Below, in pieces: positions 36,940 through 56,699 of a DNA stretch of 64,000 nucleotides. Numbering within the stretch: position 1 is the stretch's first letter; every line of letters begins with the position of its first letter. The stretch is taken from NCBI GenBank assembly GCA_009602725.1, contig WELB01000013.1, forward strand, positions 353,855 to 417,854, in the 5' to 3' direction. The notes under the pieces were generated by a model, which made no database searches, had not been told where the DNA came from, and worked only from the letters and a program-made list of their open reading frames with translations. A program made the translations under genes and the position numbers. The DNA is from Spirogloea muscicola. Its lineage: Eukaryota.

Positions 36940-37466
36940 ATTTGGCCCCTTCGAACCTTTGTCAATTCTTTTCGGGCTGGCTTTTCACAGCCCTTGCCCC
37001 CACTGGGAGAGCCACTTCTTCAACATCAAGGCAGAGTAGCTCGCTGCAGGGAAAGAGGCACTCCGCCGAGACCCAGAGGCAGCAGCCAGCGTTGTGGATG
37101 GCTTAGGCCTTGGCATAGGCCTTAGCATAGGCCTTTATTTTATGTAGCCCCACTTTTTGTACTAGCTTTTGCTTGTTCAGTGCATTGGCCGGCTGGTTTA
37201 CCGGATGCGCCTGGCCGTCTCTTTGCAGCGGTCCCTAGCTTTTGCGGTCCACTTGCGCGCAGGCCGCGCTCTTGCGGCGGCCTCTGGCTTCCGTCAGGGC
37301 GACGTCTTTCCGCCTGCTAGCTACTCAGATTTGCATCTACTGACGAGAGGTTACTGAGAGTTCGCTTACTGCTGTCTCAGTCCTTAGCACTCCGACTCCT
37401 TCAGACCTTGTCCATTCTTTTGGGCTGGCCTCTCCCAGCCACCAGTTAATCTGGCCGCGCTTGCTT
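36940..37466. mobile_element. Cluster of CRE-like 3' fragments and tail motifs in both orientations
   Basis: Tail motif 36942-37020, inverted C-terminal fragment ~37030-37095, YRMRLAVSLQR...LLTRGY at 37185-37357, tail motif 37401-37466. Confidence 0.72.
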
Positions 37467-37759
37467 CATTGGCTGCGAAAGGGCTTTCTTTCATGCGCAT
37501 CACATGCAGTCTCCCCTCCGGCCACCGAGTGCCGCCTCCAACCCAGGCTGCGCCGCCAGGCTGTGCGGCCGTTGCTCAGCGCCTCCGCCGCTGCAGCCGC
37601 CAACGCCGCCACCGTCGCGCTTGTGCGAGCGTTGAGGGACGTGGTGGTCGCTGGAGTAGGCCCGTGCGAATCGGCAGCTGGCGCTGGCTGTGGGAGGTCC
37701 ATCTGCCACAGCCGCCAGCCCGGATTTGCCAGGCGGTCCGCCATCTCTTGGAGGACAGC

Positions 37760-39924
37760 ATGTGCGCTTACGATGGCTCCAGAGACAGGCCGTCATCTTC
37801 GCCAGAGCGGCTGCCTGACGAGGCAATGCCTGGCGTTAGCACCACTGCCGGAATAGACCAGGAAAGAGCGGAGACGCCACGCCAGCCAGGAGAAGAGTGG
37901 AAGCTGAGATCCAGCAGCTTTGATGAGGCGCTGAAGAACGCGTCCGCCGAGCCAGTGGTGACGCGTTCGCGCTCCGGTCGTTTCTTGGGTGAGTGCAAAG
38001 GTAGGAGCTCCTTAGTAGCACAAACATTGCTGATTCGTAGTACACGCATGGTAATCTTGTCTGAGTAGTTATTCTTCCAAATCTGACGGTTGACAGGGTT
38101 AGCTGTCCTCCTCAGGCACCCAGAGTGCCATAGATGGCTACTACCAGCGGCAAACCCAGATGATAGAGGGCTTCAGCCAGATGGACACACTAGAAGAGCG
38201 CCTTCTGGCACCGACTGCTCTGGTAAGAGAACTGTCAGAGGACTCGCCAAATGGTGCTATAGTTTCAATTAGCCAGCAGACAGAAGCTATTTGACTGTCT
38301 GTATGCTCTCAAGGCCAAGCAAAGTTGACCTCAGGAGCCAAGCTACATGGTGACGAAGGGGCAATCGTCCTGCAGGAAAGGGTGGCAGAAGCTCGGCTGG
38401 AAAGAAGGGTCCGCTTTGCCATCAACATCTCCAACCTTGCTAACGTATTTCTTCTTATTGCAAAAGTCTATGTGTCTGTCGAGTCGGGCAGTCTGGCGAT
38501 CATAGCAAGTGCCTTGGACAGCCTCCTGGATTTGTTGTCTGGATTCATCCTGTATTTCACGGCACGCTCCATGAGGAAGGACAATCCATACCTCTATCCA
38601 ATTGGGAAGAAGCGCATGCAACCCCTGGTAAGCAGGGTGGATTGACGCATCCAATGTCATATCTCATCACCATTCTCATCACAGCAGATGTTGGAGAGTA
38701 TCCTTGCCGCGTTTGCCCCAAAAAGTGGGCATAGCTGCCCCCTATTTAAGTAATCAGAGGTAGTCTGTTTGTCTCGTTTGACACCCGTTTTTTGATGTTG
38801 AAGGGCATCATCGTGTTTGCATCGATTATGGCAACCCTTGGCTTCCAGATTTTCATTGAGGGAATTCGTCGCCTTGTAGGCAAGGTATGGCCTCCAAGGC
38901 TGCTCTTCAGGCTGCTGTCGGTAGTCTCATCCCGGAGCATGCTTACATGTTGAAGCACGCATGAAGTGCTGAACTCCTTCTTGGCTGTAAAATTATTGCA
39001 TGCAATGCGTTCTGCACTTTTCACTTTCAACTAGCTCCTCCGTGGCAGTGGCAGAAAAGACTTGTTACAGAAACGCGTAATATCCTTATGCATATGTGCC
39101 ACTTTGCACTTCTGACTGTTATGCTCACTCTCAGCTTACTCTCGTTTGGCAGAACCACAATGAAAATTTGAGCAAGTGGCAGTGGGAAGTGGGTATTATG
39201 GTGCCAGTGACGGTTACCAAACTCATGCTGTGGTTGTATTGCGCCACATTCAGCAACGACATCGTACTCGCTTATGCCAAAGACCACTTCTTCGACGTGG
39301 TCACAAATGTGGTGTCACTGGCTGCTGCTCTCTTTGCTGGAGCATTTGCATGGTGGATAGATCCAGCTGGAGCTATTTTGGTAAGTAGCATTCCCATAAA
39401 CTTGTACCAGCACGCAACCACTGAGAGTATAACAATCTTTGCAGGCTAAGGCGATTACTGGTTCATATTGGGTTCACAGGACTTTCACAGAACTGACTCA
39501 GAGCATACTGCAACAGTTGGCATTTTACACTATGTTTAATTGGTTTGGAACGGTGCTGGAGAACGTCAACTCCCTCACCGGCCGAACTGCTCCACCCGAG
39601 TTCCTCCAGAAATTGACCTACTTGTGCTGGAACCATCATGAGGCCATTCAATTCATTGACACAGTACGAGCATACACGTTTGGCAACCACTACTTTTCTG
39701 AGGTGGACATCGTGCTGCCACCCGACATGCCACTGAAGGATGCCCACGACATTGGAGAGACCCTGCAGTACAAGATCGAGAGCCTTCCTGAGATTGAGCG
39801 TGCATTTGTGCACTTGGACTTTGAGGTCTCACACCGTCCCGAGCATAGAGGATTGTACATCAACCCTCTGTCGTCTGGAATCGCAGCTGCATCTGACGAC
39901 TCTTCCTGCAGACAGGAGTTGTAG
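37760..39924 (+). CDS. Metal tolerance protein, Mn-CDF group (MTP9/10/11-like); start codon uncertain
   Basis: [70 protein letters not shown]...HRPEH; both DxxxD metal motifs present. Confidence 0.92.
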
Positions 39925-40174
39925 TTGTAAGCTTAAGATTATGGCTTTACTGAGTGCAAGACCTCCCCATTTGCCAGGGTCCAGAGGCCTGAGTTTGCTA
40001 ACAATACATGCATGCTCCAGCCTCGACTGTTTCTCTGGCAGTGCTTATGCACTGCGCTTGCCCAATATTAGACCATCACTCTCTTTGAAAAGCCAGCCTG
40101 CAACAGCAGAAACTTCGGGCAGCTCATCACTCGAGTCGCACCGTAAAGAGGCACCCTCGATGAGACCCAGACGG

Positions 40175-40275
40175 AGCAGCCATAGCGCGGCCTGCCCGCA
40201 CTCTGCGTGAGCCTGCACCGCGTGAGCCTGGGACCATTGGAAGGATACGGATAGCCGCATGCGGAAAACGTGGGC
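40175..40275 (-). mobile_element. Small CRE-like C-terminal fragment
   Basis: Minus strand HVFRMRLSVSFQWSQAHAV matches VYRMRLSVSLQRSMAHAL. Confidence 0.6.
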
Positions 40276-40693
40276 AAGCGGCAAGAAGAAAGGTGTCGGG
40301 TCTTAGAGTCGGATGCGCAGTGCGATTTCCAAGAAGAAATCAACAAGAAGGTGGGGTTGTACCAACGTAAACTTCCTGCTAGAACCGCCCCAGGATGTTA
40401 CCAATCATTATGCCTTTTTTTTTGGCCTCTCTTTTCATTTCATGCGCCCCGCGCGCCTTTCTCTCTTTCTCTTTTTTCCACGGAGTTCCCTGACACCGCT
40501 TGCGGCAAAGAAAATGAACGAAAGGCCATCCTTCGATGTGCGAGTGGCGGACAAGGCTAGGTTAAGCTTTAGGCTAGGCGGCCACAGCGACGGCGCCGGC
40601 ACTGTGCTGCGAGTGCGGCGGGCGCCGCAGGCTGGCCCCAGCTGGAGGTTCACGGCGCTGGGAAGGCGGCGCTGGGAGGGCGGCCTGACGGCC

Positions 40694-43499
40694 ATGACGC
40701 CGAGCCCGCCGTTGGCAGCGCCGCCACAAGCGCACCCGGCGGCGGTGGCAGCGTCCCTTGCTGCCCGGTGCGGCCTCCNCCTGGCGTCGGCCGCCCTCGC
40801 TGCCGATGCCGACGCCGGCGCTGCCGAGCCGTGCTGCGGCAGCGGGACCGTGCCGTGGCTGGCGCGCACGCCGGCGCTGGTCGCAGAGGTCATGCGGCTC
40901 ATTGCGGCGACGTCGGGTGGCGCCGCATCGGCTCCGCTGGGATCCGGTCGCAAGCAGGTGATGCAGAGCGGAGGCCTCTCCTCTTGCTCCACTCTAAGAT
41001 CAAAAAAGGTGGTTTTGCTTATCAAAACGCAGTTATCATGTCCAATGGTTGGACATTTCATTGCAATTGTGGTAATCATGGGTTTTTCTATCTTAGATAG
41101 ACAATCAACCCTCGACAGAACACACGCCAAGCCTACATAGAGCTGCAAAGCTGAAACCCTAGACGAGTGCAGTACACACTATATCCTGAAGGCCTGAAGA
41201 CTCCAAGGAAGCCAGTACCTTGGACCTTGTCTAATGCTCCAGCTGTTGCGAGCTTATCACAGTTGGCTCTGATAATCTTGGTCTTGGGGTCTATGATAGA
41301 CGAGTTCCCGCGAATCTCGTGTAACCGCAGCTCGCAAGTTTCTTCTTGGGCTGCACATAAGCAGTGAGCCGATAGCAAGAGTGCGGGTCGTCCAGAGGCC
41401 GCTTATCTTGATGACAATAAGTGAACATTTAGAGGAAGTAGGAGGAACTGGACACACATCGGCACACTAGTTAGGGGCAAAGAGTTGGGGGCCCCAACTT
41501 TGTGGAGGTTTGAGCATGCCCTCACCTGGAGTCGTGCCAATGCCAGGCTCACTTGCAGGAAAGGAGGCCTGAGGAGCAGTTCTGGGCGGAGTTTAGGCAC
41601 GCCAGCCCTGAGGAGAGGTTCAAGGCGTCGGTGGCGCTCCAGGTCGCCGTCCGCCTTCTCCATGCCTCACCACGTCTTTGTCGCGAGGTGGGTTCAGGCC
41701 TTCATTCCCAGCGCTCGTACATGGTTACTGCAATGGGCGATCTGTCAGGTCTTGGTCGACGAAGGATATCCTGAAGTATCTAGCAACTCAGTTGTTCTGA
41801 AGTATCTAGCAACTCAGTTGCTCAATAGCTCAGTGAGATGTTTATAGTCTACTTTTGGCACGTTCGTGTGGAAGTTTCATCCCCGTCTTGGGGGACTGCT
41901 GCAGCTCACTGGTTTTATTTGGTTGAGGCACCAAGTATCACAGGACGGCTGTGCCTTACTGACAATTTTGCGCCCTCCATAATTTTCACCAGCACAGTGC
42001 TGGCTGCCCATTGAAGACTGCCTCTGTTCCATTGTGCCAAGGGCGGAGCTGAGGCAAGGCATAACATTCTGGCTCTACATGCACCCGAAGGTCTGCCCAC
42101 TTACTGGAAAGGGTGTTAGGACGACTTGAACAGGCTTGCTGCTGCTCAAGTAGCCGTAGCTGATAGAGATCTATCGACTGCATGTTTTGCCCAGCAAACA
42201 GGTACTGGGGCTTCTGTGCTTTCGCTGTTGAGATTGGCACCTAGACTGGCATACAGTCATCCAGATCATCTGAGGTGTACAGGACTTTCTGAGGTCAAAC
42301 AACACTGGGAAGCTCCTACGGCAAGTGCTGGGAGAGCACGCTGCCAAGCTCTGCATATTTGGAGTGCAGGAGCACGAGGATGCTATGTGGGCTCAGTTAG
42401 CTGCTGCTGGTCGGTCTTCTTCACAAAGCTTCACAGTGTTGCTGTCCAGTGCACATTCACAGTTCCACGAAGTTAACTGTTCTTTAAACAGTAGGCTTTG
42501 TGAACTTTGTGGCTGGGAGGATAGTCAAAGGCTTCGACCACAATTACTGCCAGCACTGCATCAGCTGATCAAATTGTCATTGAAATCTGCAGGCAGAAAG
42601 TCGGTGTGGTGCTTGTATCCATTCCGGGGCTTTCAGAACTTGACGTCAGAGGCTCTGTTGCAAGGACATATTCCCCAGCACGGCCTATTGCAGGTTCTCA
42701 ACAGTGGCATGTTCTTGCTCTCACAATTGCACAGCTTGCAGAAAAATGTGTGATTGTGTATAGTGGCCCATTATCAGCCACTGAGCCTGTCATGCATGCA
42801 CTCAGGACGTTGACAAGACACAAGTGCCAGAGTGTAAGCTGTTGGCGCACTTCGTCCTGGTGGATGGGACCTGGAACAATTCAAATGCAATGATGAATCG
42901 ACTACAAGTGGGTCACCACTGCTGCCATACTACCCACTCTTTATGGTTGCAATTTATTGCTTGATGAGCATCATGCGACTTGGCTGGTCAAGCCCCTTGC
43001 CGTAAGCTGTCTGCCAATGCTCTGAGCAAGTCACCATCAGCATATACTTGAAGTAACCTTGTCATGTTGTTGCCATTGTTGGTACTTGATAGGAGCAAGC
43101 AAGGCAGGCTTTGGGTTGTGAGCTCGATTGCCTCTCAGTCAAACCCAAGGTCCACTCGGTGATGCACAATCTGAGGTAAGAATTATGACACATCACCAAA
43201 CTGATACTCACTTCAATAAATCCAGTTGCTGCCACTTATGCAAGACAGAGCGAAGCATGTATATGACAATAGAAGCGAAAGCCTTGTGTCTCTGATGCAG
43301 ACCACAGCCAACCAAAGAGCAACTGTGCACTGCGGCATCTGCTGTCAAGCTCCTAGAGGAGCTTGATGCTCTTCCGGGGCTCAGCTCCTTCGGCCTGGGC
43401 AAGTCAGCAAAGGCTCTGGACGAGGCGCTGGCCTGCCTGCAAGATAGGTTGTCAGCCAGGAGAGAACGGTACGGCAGCCCAGGTATCAGGCTAGCATGA
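40694..43499 (+). CDS. DTW-domain protein (tRNA-uridine aminocarboxypropyltransferase, DTWD2-like)
   Basis: Spliced motifs LCRE|CWLPIEDCLC, WLYMHPK|DFLRSNNTGKLL, VWCLYP, LVDGTWNNS, PQPTKEQLCT; stop TGA 43497-43499. One N in exon 1. Confidence 0.82.
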
Positions 43500-44021
43500 A
43501 ATCCCATAAGTGGCTGTGCAATCCTGAATCTACTTAGGCAAGTCTGCTTGGTCTAGAATTCCAGACCTAGCAGTGCAACCGAAGAAGGTGCAGTGTATCT
43601 GGGACTCAGACATTCACACATCCTCTACATGACAACCTTGGACTGTGCTTGCCAAGTCATGCAGCTGTAGCAACTGCTAGCTGCTGGTCTGTGCGTTTGC
43701 ACGGCACTGCTGTCCACCCAAAAAATTGAGACTGTGCACTGCCCGAAGCAAGGGGAAAAGAACACCTCAGGGTGTATCCATATATCACAGTGAGTTTAGC
43801 GGCCTACAACATTACCTTACACATTGAGCCCTACACCTCTGATGCTGTTATAAACAGCATCGAGCTGACTGGACGAGCACTGGCAAGCAACATGAACCTG
43901 ATGTGGACGAGGTCCCTCCATCTTTCATGGCTTGCATTTATGAGCAGGCCCAAAGGAAAGCAACAGAACGAGAGGAATAAGGTCAACTGCTGCCAGTTAA
44001 TCTTGCCTGCGGGTTTAGGGC

Positions 44022-44953
44022 CTATTGCCGGGAGTCAGAAAGGCCACTGTCAGTGCCATCAGGCAGCGTGAGGCACTTGTACACCTTGCACTGCTGACAG
44101 ATGACCACGCCAGCCTGCGCAGCAAGACACACTTGCTACAGTTCAGCACCCAGAGGCAAAGCGGGGCGCCTGTCAAGCAGAACAGGAAGCGGTGGTGCAA
44201 TTCTAGTTGGCCCCAAGTCGATATCGACTTTCCAACTGGTAAATGACTTCCTGGACCGCAGCTGCAGCCGGCTCAGGACGTAACAAGGCTTCAGGAGCAT
44301 TTGACGAGGGACTGCTCGTCCAGTCGCGCTCAGAAGCACGGCCCTTCGCTGCCAGCGGAGGGCGGCACCCTCAACAAGGCAATCGAGCAAGTTGGCCAAT
44401 GCTTGAGGGCCAGCCTGCGAGTGGGTACGCCCCCAGCCTCGCGACTCGCCCGGCGCTGGCTAGCGGTTTCAGAGCAGCCTTCTCGAGTGGGTCCTGCGAT
44501 CTAGGGTTAGGATTTAGGGCAAGGAAGCACTCACTGCGCGGCAGGACGGGCAGCGGCGGTACAGCTTGTTGGCGCGGACCTGCACGTTCACCCGCTGTCC
44601 GCCGCAGAAGTCGCATGGCAGCCAGCCCCGGCCGCCGCACGCGCCGCACGGCACGCCCGCCGCCGACCGCGCCGCCGGCGGTGCGNNNNNNNNNNNNNNN
44701 NNNNNNNNNNNNNNNNNNNNNNNNNNNNNNNNNNNNNNNNNNNNNNNNNNNNNNNNNNNNNNNNNNNNNNNNNNNNNNNNNNNNNNNNNNNNNNNNNNNN
44801 NNNNNNNNNNNNNNNNNNNNNNNNNNNNNNNNNNNNNNNNNNNNNNNNNNNNNNNNNNNNNNNNNNNNNNNNNNNNNNNNNNNNNNNNNNNNNNNNNNNN
44901 NNNNNNNNNNNNNNNNNNNNNNNNGCCGTCGCCGCCGGCGCGGCGCAGGCCAT
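44022..44953 (-). CDS. DnaJ/Hsp40-type cysteine-rich zinc-finger protein; spans an N gap
   Basis: CGACGGRGWLPCDFCGG...RRCPSCRA, then exon AGVVICQQCKVYKCLTLPDG ending TAG at 44022-44024. Confidence 0.8.
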
Positions 44954-46322
44954 GCGGCGGGGCCCGCGCCCGCCGGGCCAGCTGCACGGGCTGCGCCTCC
45001 CACACGGAGGGCCGCTGTTGTTCCCATGTCAACGACGACAGCCTCGATCATCCGTGCGTCGTGACGTCGCCAACCCCCATTGCCCATAGCCACACCACCA
45101 CCCGGGGGTTGCCCTTCCTTTGGGCTGGCCTCTCCCAGACACCAGTTAATCTGGCCGCGCTTGCTTCTTCTTCCTTCCCTGTCTGAACAACGTATTGGGA
45201 TGGATTGGCCACGCTTCATTTCATGTCATGCGCACCGCGCGCCTTCTCACCCTCAGCTCATCTGATTCTTATAACACGGGGTTACGAGGAGCGCCCTGTT
45301 TGTCTGGCCTGTGGCTCTGCCAATTGATTACAAACACCCTCTGTATGCACCTGGCAGGCACAAAGCCGCTCTTTCGATTTTAGCAGCAGATGCCTTCTCA
45401 CCCGTGCATTGCTCTCAGTATTGTCTTCCGGTTTCATTGCTGCCCTTGTTTCCCCTTCCATTCCGTCCTATATCCATTCCGTCCTAAATCGTCCTCTCCT
45501 CCTGCGTCCTTTTCTCCTTGCTTTTTCTGCACATGTAGGACGAGCTCGGGTGGGCTTCCCTGGAAGTCGCCAGATTCATGGTAGAACAGCAGGTTCGTAT
45601 AGCAGCAAGCGGCCTATGCCTGCTTTCTTTCTCTTGGCTGCTCTGGCCCTGTCACTCGATACTTTGTCTTCACTGGTAGTCACCAGGAGAGTTGGGGTTG
45701 CTGCTCCTTACGCTTCACATAAGCGCTTGTTGTCTTATGACCAGGCAAATACTGTAATGCATGTGCAGACCAAAAGTAGTCCTACAAGCAGTGAGTGCTG
45801 GCCTGAGCAGTGCTCAGCGATGCCATACGACACTACTAAGCAACTATCTGACTAACCCAGACATGAGTTCAGAGGTTCTCTTGTGAGTTTGAATGTGACA
45901 GTTGCGCCTGCACCATGAGTTCTTCAATTCACTTCCTCTTGCCACTGAGGAGGGCACGGCAGGAAATTACTACATGCTTACGACAACAACCTCAAGCAGT
46001 GTGAGTAATGATGTGTTGACTTGCGTGTCAAGACAGGGACGCATTTTCTGTACACTGGGTTCTGAGCTCGGATTGCACATGGTACCATACACAGCACCAT
46101 AACTAGGAGCCATCTGTATGTTCATATAGTGACCAGTTGAAGCAGCCACAACAGCCATGCAATGGCTCAGCTCCTCCAAGCGCATGCTGCTGCTTGCTAC
46201 ATGATTCAAGTAGTACCACAGGCGGCATGGACACTTGCTGCCGACAAGAAACTTCGTGCAGGGCTGAAAGCTGGCTTGAAAGAATGCGTGAAGCAATAAG
46301 GCACTGCGAGTAAATGCCATGA

Positions 46323-48153
46323 CTACCGGCGGAGAAGCCGGCGGCCGCGCTCGTTGGCCTGCTTGACCCTGCTATTGAGCTCCGTGACATCGTCCTGGAG
46401 CTCATCCAACGCAACATTTTGCCTGCAATTGGACAAATTGGAGACAGTGAAAACAAGCAGCCACTGTCAGTACCAGCCGATAAGCTACATGTCTTCGTAT
46501 GCAGCAAGAGCGGCACACCGCCCCATCCAGCCCTAGAACAGCCCAACAGCTGCCCAGCTAAAGTAAAGCAGTCCTAGGATAACAAAGAAGCTAGACTGGC
46601 GCGAACCTCTCCATTTCAGAGCCCATCTCAAGCGACATGTCCTTGAGCTGCCCGAGCACGCCACTGAGGTCGTCAAGTGCTGCGTCCTGCTTGTCCTTCT
46701 CGGCCTGCACAAGAACTCGGCACCACGGCAAAACAATTATAGTCGAAGTTAGGGCCTAGCGACTTACTTTCAGGCCACAAAGGCTGACACTTTGTCAGGG
46801 AGCACTATGATCGCAGCTACATGCAATAATCAAAACCACAACCTGACACATACCTTGATAAGGGTCATCGTGTCGGGCTTGTGGTGATCGTCAAGAGTTG
46901 CAGACTCCACCTTACCCCAGCCCTTCTTGCCATCCGTCCCACCTCCGCCGCTGCCATTCATGAGGTCCTTGCGGTCCTCAGGGTTGCCAAATGTCGCCTG
47001 GCTGGGGTCAATGGCATCTGTCGCCTCGCAACATTGGGATGACCCACCAAGGAGGATGCAGTCAAGGGCAGAAAAGCTTTGATCTCCATTCCTGCTTCCG
47101 CGTACCAAAAGCATGCCAGCCTATGTTGACAGCCACTTCGGCCAATAAAATACAAGGGCTTTACAGAGATTGACCACATTACTACAAGCACCCAACCCGT
47201 TGACCATGACTCAACTGCTACAATCACTCGACCTGTAATAGAAACTGAAGATCACATTGCAGATTACCCCTTCCTCATCTCGTGCTTGCTGAGCTTACCA
47301 GCAAAGAGCCTGTAAAGAGGCCTAGGTTTGATCACTGATATCGAGTCTGAGAGTCACGAGGGCGGCCGGAAGAGGCTCACTGGGCTCGTAGGTCGGGCCG
47401 GTGATCTTCTTGCCCTTCTTGGGCTTCCACCGAAATGAGAAGATGGGGCCAAGCGTCCCAAGCACCTTCTCGCCCTGCAGGAAAGCCAGATTATCGGCGC
47501 GACCTAGTCAACTCCGGCGCTCTGATCAAGTGGCCATCGCCGCTTGCAGCTCAACAGGCTGACGGCGAGCTGCATGCAGAGGCGGTTCGGCGTGGGTGCC
47601 GAAGGAGAGCCCCGAGGAGCTCACCCGCGCGAGCGCTTGGTCCACTTTGACGGCCTTCTCGTGCGTGCGCCGGATCTGCTCGCCCTGCTCGTGCAGCGTG
47701 ACGAGCGTCTGCTGCCCGATGTTGCGCGTGTCCTCCACGATGGCCACGCAGTGCCGCAGGCGGTCCGTCGTGTCCTCGCTCTTGTACAGCATCGCCTTCT
47801 CCAGCTCCGCGTCCCTGCCCACCAAACAGTGCGCCGTCGCATGAGCGATCGCCAGTCACAACGCAGGAGCACGTTGGCAGCAGCCGCAGACGAAGCAGCG
47901 ACATGGGTTTCCCCGCGCTCTTGCGACTGTCTTGCCGCCACAGCGGCAGTCCTCGGCCTGAGGCCATCAATTGCGGCCGCCTCACCTCTGGTAGGGGTCC
48001 TCCTTGTTGGCGTCGAAGTCCTCGAGGGGGTGCGGCGCGCGGTAGTCGTCCAGCGTCGGCCGCAGCTCCGCGTCCTTTGCGGTGCCTCTCGCGGTGGCCC
48101 GGCCGCCGGATCGCACGGTGGGCGCAGGCCGTGCGCGCCCCGCGCCGCGCGGC
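46323..48153 (-). CDS. SNAP25-type Qb+c SNARE (SNAP33-like); 5' end lost in the N gap
   Basis: ELEKAMLYKSEDTT...TLVTLHEQGEQIRRTH, WKPKKGKKITGP, KQDAALDDLSGVLGQLKDMSLEMGSEMERQN, LNSRVKQANERGRRLLRR-stop. Confidence 0.9.
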
Positions 48154-48542
48154 NNNNNNNNNNNNNNNNNNNNNNNNNNNNNNNNNNNNNNNNNNNNNNN
48201 NNNNNNNNNNNNNNNNNNNNNNNNNNNNNNNNNNNNNNNNNNNNNNNNNNNNNNNNNNNNNNNNNNNNNNNNNNNNNNNNNNNNNNNNNNNNNNNNNNNN
48301 NNNNNNNNNNNNNNNNNNNNNNNNNNNNNNNNNNNNNNNNNNNNNNNNNNNNNNNNNNNNNNNNNNNNNNNNNNNNNNNNNNNNNNNNNNNNNNNNNNNN
48401 NNNNNNNNNNNNNNNNNNNNNNNNNNNNNNNNNNNNNNNNNNNNNNNNNNNNNNNNNNNNNNNNNNNNNNNNNNNNNNNNNNNNNNNNNNNNNNNNNNNN
48501 NNNNNNNNNNNNNNNNNNNNNNNNNNNNNNNNNNNNNNNNNN

Positions 48543-48629
<87 letters not shown>

Positions 48630-48728
48630 CGGTGGCGGCGGCCATGGCGCCGAGCTCGCAGCGCCGGCGGTGGCGCCGGGCGCCGCTGGAGGCCCTATGA
48701 CGGCGGCGGCGGCGGCGGCGGCGGCGCC

Positions 48729-50003
<1,275 letters not shown>

Positions 50004-50892
50004 CTCGCAACATAGGTGCCGAAGTTAGAGAGCCGTGAAATGTCTTAGGTCTCCTGCTCTCAATTTCCATCTCTTAGCATTAATGGGCCAGCCACGAGTA
50101 ATCAGACACGCGGCTGGCTCCCCCATTGATTGCCATCAATGTGTGACAAACCCTGCCTTCTGTTGTCGCACACAGGCAATTGCACTAGTGAGCACCAGTA
50201 GACCTGCGATAGTGCCCTAGCTTAATGCTGACCAAGAATCCACTCTGTGGTCTGGCCATTGGGTCACAGGACTCTTCTTGAGCGCAGCTGCTTCACATTC
50301 TTGGTGCACGATCTGCACCGAACAAAGTAATGGATGCGAACACTGAGGTCTAAATGGGCCAACCTGTACATAGGGCACCTGCAGCCCAGGGCAATGACAA
50401 GCCTCGCCATTAGCTCATGTGCCTGCTCATGTCCCGTTACACGAAACTAGGATGCACTTGCAAGCTCTCCCGGTTGTCTGCATGCTACAATTTCAAAAGT
50501 TGATTCAATGGTTGTCAATTTTGCCAGGCATGATGTGAAAGAATGGTGGGATTGGACAGCAAGCCGATTGTCTTGCTGTCAGTCAAATGCTTGTGCTACT
50601 GCGGGTTGCGCAGACACCTCAGGGTGTAGGCAGACACTGACCCTGTACAATCTGTACAGCTGCTGACGCTGCAATATATAGCAGCTATTATCTCACTAAT
50701 GAAAGAATGTGGGGTATTGACTCCAAACGCAGGCTGGCAACCCCGCATGTAGCTGAGGGGGAGTTCTAGATAGCTACAACAAAGAGAGGTGCAACAATCA
50801 GGCAAAGATACCTGCAGCTTACACTTTCCGTCTGCTTTCTGACCAACCTAGCTGTGGGAGGGCTAGCAAAGCGTTATCAGGACCTGCATCGA

Positions 50893-56247
<5,355 letters not shown>

Positions 56248-56699
56248 GCCGGCAGCGCCGTGGCCGTCACAGGCGGGGTNCTTCGGCTGCTAGTTCATTT
56301 ATCAAGTCATCATTTACGTGTGATTAGCCAGCCCAGAAAAAGAACGTAACATGGATTCGAAGTGGCCAGGAAGGCGCACACGGCGACCCATTAAGTGGCC
56401 AAGTACAACCGATAACAACGGGTGCTCAACTCATCAATATACCGCTCAGCAGTCCCCAAGGCATGCGATAGGAGAAGTTCCGCACAACGAGAAGTCGGAT
56501 AACCGCGTACCGTCAACCGGGTGAGCGAGGTCAGCCCTCTCCGCTTACGCCAGGACGGCGCCAAGCCCCCTCCGTCCTTACACAGGTAAAGGCAGTTAGC
56601 CCGCCCTTGCCGCAGGGGCCTGCAGGACACGCGTCGTGCCCTCAGGCCACGCCAATGCCGGGCCGGTCTCGAACATCAACTGCCTTCCTTAGTCTGGCC

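Noticed and set aside
44500..44520. Telomere-like TAGGGTTAGGATTTAGGG
   Set aside because: Only two or three degenerate units inside an intron; at most a telo-box.
48543..48629. 87-nt poly(T) and the poly-Phe/poly-Lys ORFs
   Set aside because: It abuts an N gap and is probably an assembly artefact; ORFs spanning Ns are not credible.
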